From positions 1-13,804 of IMG/VR virus record IMGVR_UViG_2711768056_000004: a stretch of DNA of 13,804 nt, one strand, 5' to 3'. The position numbers and the translations under genes were made by a program. Under the pieces are notes generated by a model that was given only the letters and a program-made list of their open reading frames with translations, did not search any database and was not told the DNA's origin. The DNA comes from a virus. Its lineage: Duplodnaviria > Heunggongvirae > Uroviricota > Caudoviricetes. Shown one piece after another: positions 7,012-13,804 of the stretch. Positions within the stretch are counted from its first letter, which is position 1. The number at the start of each line of letters is the position of its first letter.

Positions 7012-9126
7012 CTATTCATATTCATTCATACCGCTTAACGAGGCGACAATACCAGCTCTCGACAAGCGATTGAATTCATCGCTACCAATAGCATCGCGTA
7101 TTGCTTTTACGGCGGCCTTATTTGCCATAAATCTGCGTTCCGCCGCCGCTAATGCTTCTTTGCTTCCGCCTGCTCTTACTGCTTTGGTGGCTTCCTGAAC
7201 AGCTTTCTCTATCGCATATCGACCACTACGTGTGGTGGCAATTTTAGATACAGCGCCTTTTAACCCAGCGCCAACTAAAGCACCCGCGGCAGCGCCTGCA
7301 ATACCCCCTCCAGCGCCACCAACAATGGCACCTGATGTTGAGTTGGCAATTGCATTTAACACTGTTGATGTGACGTTGGATAAACCAGCATCCAGATCGC
7401 GTAGTACATTGGCAGTTCTCCCTGTTCTTTCAATATACTGCTGAGGTTTCACTGCCGCTCTTGCAAGAGTGCCATATGCATCAGCAATTCTTCCAAGTTC
7501 TGAGGAATATCTGCTAATGGCTTTTACATTTTGTGGGGTAAGTATCCCTGCGATATGGTTAATTCCTGCTGCATCAGATTTGCCACCACGTACACCATGC
7601 GAGATAGCATCCTGCAACATTGATGATATAGCAGGAACACGCTCTGATTCTGGCAGCGCGCGGATCATAGAATGGAATCCAGCAGGACCATTAAGACCTT
7701 TAGCTGACGATGATTGAAGAGATTTTACTCCATTCGTAATCAGTGCATCTGTTGCCAAATCACGCCCAAAAACAGACTCTGCACTCTCTTGTGCGGATAG
7801 CCTCGCTTTAGACAGATCATTAGCTTTTTGCCAGTCATCAAAAAATCCGCCGTTTTCCGCCATTGTGCGCATATCATCAGTAATTGCCCGACGTATTTCC
7901 CCTGCTCTCCTTGCCGCATTTGCCTCTCCACTACGCTTATATTTTTGCTCCGCATCAGCAAATTTCGCTCTCCATGCTTTCATGCCATCAAATGTTACTC
8001 CACCTTGATTGTTTGCCTGAACAAACTGTTTCATTTCAGGAGTAAGCGGTATGCCAGCAGATCGCTCTGCCTGAATAACGGCATTACCATTTAGCATTCT
8101 TGCTTTTTGATTTGGCATTGTTGACCGCACGTCATCCCATGCCGCGCGCTCAGCATCCTTCATCTGATCAAGATTTTGAAGAATCCTTTGTTTTATAGCC
8201 GCACTTTTTTCTGATGCCGTTCCAGATGCGGCCCCAAATTCATCAAGGTTTCGACTTAACTTTGATGATATTTCGTTAAATGCTGCCTGATGGGCATCCT
8301 GAACAATCCCTGGTGTTGATGCCAATGCGCCTTCGGCTTGTGCAATTCCACGACTTCCAGATCGCATTCCTGGTGTTAATGCGTTTATATCAATTCCAGC
8401 AGACTCAGCCGCTTTTGCTACATCTTCGGACACATTAGCGGCCTGACTGGCAATTGACTGACGCCCAGCACCTGACTTTGCCATCCTGGAAACATCATTA
8501 GCAGAATTCAGTGCTGCACCACCAAGAGCCTGTGAAACCCTTGGCGCAATAACGCGCCCGACACCTGAAAGAACGCCTTGAGCACCAATATTGATACCAC
8601 CGTTAATGGCAGCATTTTGTGCAAAATCACCCTCCTGATTTGCAGCATCAGCAAGAGAACCGGCAATCATGTTTCCTGCGGAACCGATGTCTCCTGCGAG
8701 CTTTGCTGGCGCTCCAGCAGCTTTTGCTGCTGTGCCAATTGGCAGGAGATACCCACCAATTGTTTCACCGGCTTGCGCGTAAGGGTCTGTCGGTCGATCG
8801 ACTGGACGATAGACATCATCCAAAACCTTGGGGCCACCAAGCCCATGGCTGATTGCATTAATCAGACTTGCGCCACCCTGCAATACGTCAAATGGTATGT
8901 TTACCAGACCACGGCCAGCCTGTTCTGCAATTTGCCCTGCGCTTTGACCACCAGTGAGCCAGTCAGTGGCTTTTCCTACCAGAGATTGTTCTTCTGGCTG
9001 CGATTGGTTTTGAGTGGATTGATCACCAGAAGACAGCATCTGAGCAATGCGACGTGCTCCCTCAGTATCGCCGGCAGCATCAGCATTTCTTAACGCCGTC
9101 ATCAACTGTTCGCGACTATAGGCCAT
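7012..9126 (-). CDS. Ejection (DNA-transfer / E) protein, P22 gp16-like by position
   Basis: 704-aa ORF, last gene of the late block before the immI-like cassette, in the position of P22 gene 16. Low-complexity Gly/Ala-rich hydrophobic segment near the C-terminus ([27 protein letters not shown]). Start overlaps the upstream gene stop as TAATG. Assignment rests mainly on synteny and size. Confidence 0.65.
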   Translation of the reverse strand: MAYSREQLMTALRNADAAGDTEGARRIAQMLSSGDQSTQNQSQPEEQSLVGKATDWLTGGQSAGQIAEQAGRGLVNIPFDVLQGGASLINAISHGLGGPKVLDDVYRPVDRPTDPYAQAGETIGGYLLPIGTAAKAAGAPAKLAGDIGSAGNMIAGSLADAANQEGDFAQNAAINGGINIGAQGVLSGVGRVIAPRVSQALGGAALNSANDVSRMAKSGAGRQSIASQAANVSEDVAKAAESAGIDINALTPGMRSGSRGIAQAEGALASTPGIVQDAHQAAFNEISSKLSRNLDEFGAASGTASEKSAAIKQRILQNLDQMKDAERAAWDDVRSTMPNQKARMLNGNAVIQAERSAGIPLTPEMKQFVQANNQGGVTFDGMKAWRAKFADAEQKYKRSGEANAARRAGEIRRAITDDMRTMAENGGFFDDWQKANDLSKARLSAQESAESVFGRDLATDALITNGVKSLQSSSAKGLNGPAGFHSMIRALPESERVPAISSMLQDAISHGVRGGKSDAAGINHIAGILTPQNVKAISRYSSELGRIADAYGTLARAAVKPQQYIERTGRTANVLRDLDAGLSNVTSTVLNAIANSTSGAIVGGAGGGIAGAAAGALVGAGLKGAVSKIATTRSGRYAIEKAVQEATKAVRAGGSKEALAAAERRFMANKAAVKAIRDAIGSDEFNRLSRAGIVASLSGMNEYE

Positions 9127-10400
9127 TACTGCCCTCCGAGATATTTATTAATCAGGTCATCATCAGAAAGCTGCTGTTGAGACGGTTGTATGTCCTTCCC
9201 GTATTTCTGTTGCATACGTTTCTGAGCCATCTCAGTGGTTTTTATGATTGTTTTGATAGCTGCTCTGGCTGATTTTTCAGACTGATTTGGGGACAAACTA
9301 CCAATAGCATCCATTACCTTTTGCCCCTCGGCATTACTTAAAGCCCCCATCCCTTTCATCTGCTGAATGCCAGATAAGAATCCCTGAGATTTCAGTGTGT
9401 CAACCAGAGTTTCTGTATCAGCAGCCTCTGTTCCTGGAATGAATCTACTCGATAGTGGGTTTAGGTTTGTTCCGAAATATCCCGTGAATCCTGGGCTATT
9501 AAGAACTTTTGTAGCCGTCTCTATCGTTCTGGAAAGATTATCCATTCCAGAGTTGTACGCATCAGCCTTATCTCGCTTTGCCTGCTCCATAGCTTGCTGA
9601 TTCTGCAATCTCTTGTCCTGCAATTCAGCAAGTTTTAAGGCATTAGTTTCATTTGCGATGAGTCTGTCGTATTTCTTGTCCTCTAATTCCATTCGACGAA
9701 GATTGACATTTTGTTGCGCAATATTGTTGCTTGCCCACCCTCTGGCATTTGTCATGTCATTATTGCGGATTGTTTCGTTAATTCTTTGCTGCTCCTGCTG
9801 GCGACCAACCATCTTATCCTGATAATCCAGCATTTTATCCGGACCAACAGCCCCTAGCGTCATAGTAGTCAGCATGTGTGATAGCTGCTCTGGATTCTGG
9901 ATGCCTGTCTGAATCATCCAGTCAGCATTCGCACCCACGCGATTTAACCTGTCCTTGTTGTCAGTAATGAATTTACTGTAGGCTTCCGGTCCCTGAGAAA
10001 GAGCGACGTTAGCCCTCATGGCTAAATCGCCCATATCGTTGCGTTGCTGCTCATTAAGACCGGAAAACGCCTGTTGTGCCTGCGCAACAAACGCTGGATT
10101 TTCCTGGGCAAACTTAAAGAGTCCCGATGGATCACCAGAAGCCCATGCATCAGCGTGAACCTTATTGAACGCACTAATAGCTTTCTGTTGCTGTTCCTGA
10201 TTGTAAATATCAGCAACTCCAGCCAGACCACGTAACGCGGTCAGACCAACGTTATTTGCACCTGAGCGAGCCAGTTCATTGTTTTCGCGGATCAGACCAA
10301 GCGTTGCGTTAATGTCGCTTGCCTTTGGCGCATTCTCATTTTGCGTACCGATGCCAGCCAGAAAACCACCAGAATTAATACCCTGTTGCCACGTAGCCAT
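9126..10400 (-). CDS. Ejection (DNA-transfer / E) protein, P22 gp20-like by position
   Basis: 424-aa Q/N-rich ORF between the gp7-like and gp16-like genes, in the position of P22 gene 20. Assignment by synteny and size. Confidence 0.65.
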   Translation of the reverse strand: MATWQQGINSGGFLAGIGTQNENAPKASDINATLGLIRENNELARSGANNVGLTALRGLAGVADIYNQEQQQKAISAFNKVHADAWASGDPSGLFKFAQENPAFVAQAQQAFSGLNEQQRNDMGDLAMRANVALSQGPEAYSKFITDNKDRLNRVGANADWMIQTGIQNPEQLSHMLTTMTLGAVGPDKMLDYQDKMVGRQQEQQRINETIRNNDMTNARGWASNNIAQQNVNLRRMELEDKKYDRLIANETNALKLAELQDKRLQNQQAMEQAKRDKADAYNSGMDNLSRTIETATKVLNSPGFTGYFGTNLNPLSSRFIPGTEAADTETLVDTLKSQGFLSGIQQMKGMGALSNAEGQKVMDAIGSLSPNQSEKSARAAIKTIIKTTEMAQKRMQQKYGKDIQPSQQQLSDDDLINKYLGGQ

Positions 10401-10410
10401 TGATTACCCC

Positions 10411-11103
10411 TTAAAACAACGAGCCAAGCAGACCAAGACCGCCGCCGATCGCAGCCCCCCACGGAGTTGATGAACCAATTAATTTCGCAAGTCCGGCCCC
10501 AGCAATAGCACCAGACGCACCTCCGCCAATAGCAGATTGCATTGCTGATGGTCTGTTGGCATTTGCCGCTGCAAGAGCCGCACTTTGCTGCGAAATCTGA
10601 CTCATGTTGTTGGCATATGTCTGCCCGGCGTTTGCCTGACCTTGCAGTGCGCCAAGACCAATATTTGCCAGATTCTGGTAGTTGTTCATCTGACCAGATA
10701 GCCATTGCTGACCAAGCGTTGGTGCGATTGTTGCTAACTGATTACTGGTTGCTGTGGAACCTAATCCACCCGTTGCTTCCGCTGCCGCCAGACTCTGATA
10801 GCGAGCCTGACCAGCAAGATCTTTGTACTGCTGAGAGTTGTAATACTGGTTAAGTGCCTGACCTTGCCCTTCCAGAGACGATAAGTTCTCGAGGCTGCCG
10901 ACATACTTATCAGCCAGAGGAGTAAACGGCTTAAGGTTGTTCATGATGGTGTTGAACTGCTGATTTTGCAGGTCTGCGGCATACTTCTGAGCTTCTGCTG
11001 CATACTTTGCGCTTTTATCAGAGCTACCACCTTTCCCGCCTTTTTCAGGGCACCAAGGTTCCTCGCCGCGCAGTTTTCTGCCCAGCTTAAATGCATATAA
11101 CAT
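10411..11103 (-). CDS. Ejection (DNA-transfer / E) protein, P22 gp7-like
   Basis: 230 aa. N-terminus MLYAFKLGRKLRGEEP, then a Q/N-rich body and a Gly-rich hydrophobic C-terminus (AIGGGASGAIAGAGLAKLIGSSTPWGAAIGGGLGLLGSLF). Size and position between gene-14-like and gene-20-like genes match P22 gp7. Confidence 0.72.
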   Translation of the reverse strand: MLYAFKLGRKLRGEEPWCPEKGGKGGSSDKSAKYAAEAQKYAADLQNQQFNTIMNNLKPFTPLADKYVGSLENLSSLEGQGQALNQYYNSQQYKDLAGQARYQSLAAAEATGGLGSTATSNQLATIAPTLGQQWLSGQMNNYQNLANIGLGALQGQANAGQTYANNMSQISQQSAALAAANANRPSAMQSAIGGGASGAIAGAGLAKLIGSSTPWGAAIGGGLGLLGSLF

Positions 11104-11105
11104 GG

Positions 11106-11561
11106 CTATCTCCTGTGATTCAGGAAGTCGATTAGTTCTTCGCGTGTGGCGCTGTAAAACGTCACGTCATCCACGCCTTTGAAGTATTTCTTGATGGTTC
11201 CTACACGCTTAAGGCCAATCATTGCGCAGTACATCTGCCCGTGGCGGAATTTGCGTGCAGCAAATGATGTGACGCACTGAACGGTGGTGTTAGTCAGAAT
11301 GTATCGCCAGAACGCCAGCCCGATTTCCTTGCTGAAGCCGCGAATCTCTGGCAGGTACATGGCGTGGCAATCGAATGTAAGCGGCTGAATCTCCTGATAG
11401 TAAACAATGCCGCCGAACTGCCCGTGCACGTTCACCTCAAAGTAACGGCAATCAGGTTTGTAGTCGTATCCATCACCGTTGTTGCTCCCGGCAATAATGT
11501 CAGGGTGATTTCCGACTGCTTCGATCAGGTCGATGTTTCGCGTTGGTTTGAACTGAATCAT
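11106..11561 (-). CDS. Virion assembly/ejection-associated protein, P22 gp14-like by position
   Basis: 151-aa ORF between the tail-needle and gp7-like genes. Start overlaps the needle gene stop (TAATG). Assignment by synteny only. Confidence 0.6.
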   Translation of the reverse strand: MIQFKPTRNIDLIEAVGNHPDIIAGSNNGDGYDYKPDCRYFEVNVHGQFGGIVYYQEIQPLTFDCHAMYLPEIRGFSKEIGLAFWRYILTNTTVQCVTSFAARKFRHGQMYCAMIGLKRVGTIKKYFKGVDDVTFYSATREELIDFLNHRR

Positions 11562-12409
11562 TACTGCTCCGCGATTATCTTGATGGTTGTGGCAGTAAAC
11601 GCCGCACCATTTGACTGAATGGTTAACGTGCTGCCATTTGTGGCAAGAAAGCCGTCTTTATCCACGCTGAAGAACGTAGCTAACAGGATGTTGTCGGTTG
11701 TTGTCGCCGCATTACGACTGCTTACCAGTGTGTCAGGAACAGAGCCGGAAAATGTTAGTTGCATTGACCTGTTGGCGGTTCCACTGGGCCACGTCCCGAC
11801 GATCGACAGCTTGAAGAACAAGGTTTTGTTCTCGTTGAACACAACCATCTTGTTGTTAGCAGTGTCGAAGAATGGTGCCAACGTCCCGGATGACGGCGTG
11901 AGCGTTTTCAGCAGGCTAACAAGGTTGGTCGGCGCTGTCGGGATGGTTACTGATACGCCAGAGTAAACAACCTCTGACTTCTTGCGCGTAGTGGTATACT
12001 CCAGAGCATCGATGCGCGTTTCATGGTCTGAAAACTGCGACTCCAGCGACTGAACTCTGGTATCAAGCGACGCAATATCGCTTTCATTCTGAGCGATTCG
12101 CGTTTCATGTTCCTGAAGAGTTGATTCTGCCTGGCTGATTCGCTCCTCATGATTAACAAGCGTTGCTTCCGCAGCAGAAATTCGCTGCTCATGGTCAGCG
12201 AGAATCACATCCTGCTCATCGTTCCTGACTTGTGCGTCATAAGCGCCCTGTCCGGCCTCGTTGGCCTTGTTAGCCACATTACCAACATCAGTACCCTGTG
12301 CAATAACGTACAGCAGATATGACTGCGAGAAGATATTGCGTGGAAGGATTGATGTATCGAGCCGCGTCGCCTGAACAATAACAGGTGTATTGAGATTCGA
12401 ATCCGCCAT
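11561..12409 (-). CDS. Tail needle (plug) protein, P22 gp26-like N-terminal domain and coiled coil with an extended C-terminal domain
   Basis: 282 aa. N-terminus [68 protein letters not shown] matches remembered P22 gp26. Followed by heptad-like repeats ([66 protein letters not shown]) and a ~140-aa non-coiled-coil C-terminal domain. Confidence 0.9.
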   Translation of the reverse strand: MADSNLNTPVIVQATRLDTSILPRNIFSQSYLLYVIAQGTDVGNVANKANEAGQGAYDAQVRNDEQDVILADHEQRISAAEATLVNHEERISQAESTLQEHETRIAQNESDIASLDTRVQSLESQFSDHETRIDALEYTTTRKKSEVVYSGVSVTIPTAPTNLVSLLKTLTPSSGTLAPFFDTANNKMVVFNENKTLFFKLSIVGTWPSGTANRSMQLTFSGSVPDTLVSSRNAATTTDNILLATFFSVDKDGFLATNGSTLTIQSNGAAFTATTIKIIAEQ

Positions 12410-13803
12410 TACTCAATCCTTATCTGGCAGCCAGACAGAGTGACAGGTGACTTCGTGATAACGCGCAATTTGAAGCCGACATTTTTCCTGATTCGCCCGA
12501 CACGCTTCCACAAAACGCGTTTGTCGTAAACGAACGGTTCATTCTGCTCAATCATCTGCTCACGCCCGTAATTGATGCCGTCAGTGGTTGCAGAGAGAAA
12601 AAGGCGGTCAGCATACTGCGCAACGCCAGTTGAAGATTCAACTTCAAGGTCGAAAACTCTGGCGTTATCTGCTTTGAACAACGGAGTAAACAGCAGGTGT
12701 TCCTGCTGCTTGTCGTACTGGCTGCTGATATCGAACTGCAATTTCCCGGTCACGGATTCCAGCTTATCGCCGCACGTTATCTGATTGCCTTCGTAAATGA
12801 AGTCGATAGCGCGGTACACATCGTCATACAAGCCAGTTTTCAGTACGCACCATTGCGGACCATTGGCGCTTGAAGATGCGTCGTAAACGAGAACATGGCG
12901 CGCAAGATGGATAATCAGCAGCTCATGCGCATCAAATCGCAGAGACTCCATCACACCATCAGCCAGTTCATCAGCAGTGTAGGAGCGGAGAATTTTCTCA
13001 ATGCTCGCGCTGGCGATTGGTGACACCTGACCGGAGCCGATGATGTATACAGACGGCGCACCCGTTGCCGGATTGCTGATGAACGCATACGAATCAGCGA
13101 ATGGCGTTTTGCAGTAAGTCCCGGCAATGCCTTTCTGCACCATCAGTGATGGCTGTGCGACATACAAAGCAGCACCAACGGTGGTTGCACCAGTCAGGGA
13201 GAAATATTCAATCGTCGATGAACCAAAGCAGACGATGAAGTCTCGCCATGTACCTATGCCGATGATGCCGTCCGGCTGTGATTCTGCGCGGTATTGTGCG
13301 CTGTAACGGTCAGGATGCGATTCGTCTTCAAGGTCAGTGATAAACCATGAATCCGTGCCGTCTTTTGACCACGCATAACGCCCACGTAAGCGTGTAATGT
13401 CGCGGACTGAACCTAACTCATACTGAGTGAATCCACTGTCTGTAGGCCAGTTTGAGACGGTTTTAACCGTACCATCATAGCGATACTCGACCAGTTGACC
13501 ATTAACGCCTACCGCCTGTGATGTCCGACCATGCGCCATTGATACGCGACCACTTCCGGCAACATCGCCGACTTCACTTTCTCCTTTGTAGAGCTTGCCA
13601 CCACACACGCGATAAACAGCACTCTGCGCCATGTTGTACTCAACTCCGCGCGATACACCGTTCACATCAGAACGTTTGGCAATGCCCGGGAATGAGCGAA
13701 GATATCCGCTGCTGTTCAGGATTTCTTTGGGTGTAGCCAACATATTCGCTGGCAGATAGTCGATATAGTCGGCGTTTCGGAAATCTTTGCCGACACCTTT
13801 CAT
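12409..13803 (-). CDS. Tail accessory / head-completion protein, P22 gp10-like; 5' end at or just beyond the window edge
   Basis: 464 codons read from the ATG at 13801..13803 to the stop at 12409; the reading frame runs to the window edge. Lies immediately upstream of, and translationally coupled to, the needle gene as in P22 (10 then 26). The true start may be a few codons upstream outside the window. Confidence 0.78.
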   Translation of the reverse strand: MKGVGKDFRNADYIDYLPANMLATPKEILNSSGYLRSFPGIAKRSDVNGVSRGVEYNMAQSAVYRVCGGKLYKGESEVGDVAGSGRVSMAHGRTSQAVGVNGQLVEYRYDGTVKTVSNWPTDSGFTQYELGSVRDITRLRGRYAWSKDGTDSWFITDLEDESHPDRYSAQYRAESQPDGIIGIGTWRDFIVCFGSSTIEYFSLTGATTVGAALYVAQPSLMVQKGIAGTYCKTPFADSYAFISNPATGAPSVYIIGSGQVSPIASASIEKILRSYTADELADGVMESLRFDAHELLIIHLARHVLVYDASSSANGPQWCVLKTGLYDDVYRAIDFIYEGNQITCGDKLESVTGKLQFDISSQYDKQQEHLLFTPLFKADNARVFDLEVESSTGVAQYADRLFLSATTDGINYGREQMIEQNEPFVYDKRVLWKRVGRIRKNVGFKLRVITKSPVTLSGCQIRIE

Positions 13804-13804
13804 A

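Larger units (their letters stand above)
1..13804. mobile_element. Integrated P22-like temperate podovirus prophage, left portion (attL through distal late operon); right end lies beyond the window
   Basis: Contiguous phage modules: tRNA 3' end, integrase, gtrABC serotype-conversion operon, tailspike, Mnt-like repressor, and P22-order late genes (10, 26, 14, 7, 20, 16) on the - strand. The type-specific gtr gene is sharply AT-rich relative to its flanks. Confidence 0.85.

Noticed and set aside
8578-9093. 171-aa Cys-rich ORF on the + strand (and nearby 77-aa and 63-aa ORFs)
   Set aside because: Lies entirely antisense within the gp16-like gene and has an atypical Cys/Trp-rich composition. It is best explained as a chance open frame opposite a long coding region.
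10292-10853. 137-aa (- strand) and 103-aa (+ strand) ORFs overlapping the gp7-like / gp20-like junction
   Set aside because: Out-of-frame or antisense overlaps with two well-supported, translationally coupled late genes, with Cys/Trp/Arg-rich compositions typical of spurious frames.
11364-13736. Short + strand ORFs antisense to the gp14-like, needle and gp10-like genes (11364..11618, 11619..11966, 12572..12784, 13518..13736) and the - strand ORF 11947..12192
   Set aside because: Embedded in strongly supported late genes on the opposite strand or in another frame; considered frame artefacts.
1-13804. CRISPR arrays, rRNA genes, IS elements or transposase genes
   Set aside because: No spacer-repeat periodicity, no rRNA-like conserved blocks, and no transposase-like ORFs or terminal inverted repeats were seen. 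The only mobile element evident is the prophage itself.

Overview
This window is the left end of an integrated P22-like temperate podovirus prophage (Sf6 / CPS-53-type layout) in an enterobacterial chromosome. All family assignments rest on reading the translated ORFs against remembered protein families and P22 gene order; no database search was run. The window opens in the last 14 nt of a tRNA-Arg gene (attL side), followed on the + strand by a P4-family tyrosine integrase and a three-gene O-antigen glucosylation operon (gtrA, gtrB, AT-rich type-specific gtr). A hairpin terminator separates that operon from a convergent tailspike gene on the - strand. Between the tailspike and the late genes sits a small + strand cassette encoding an Mnt-like ribbon-helix-helix repressor and a Q-rich lipoprotein, with no arc or ant. 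The rest of the - strand is the distal late operon: gp10 (cut by the window edge), tail needle gp26, gp14, and ejection proteins gp7, gp20 and gp16. The parts most worth follow-up are the Mnt-plus-lipoprotein cassette and the chimeric receptor-binding proteins; I see no evidence of CRISPR, rRNA or IS elements.
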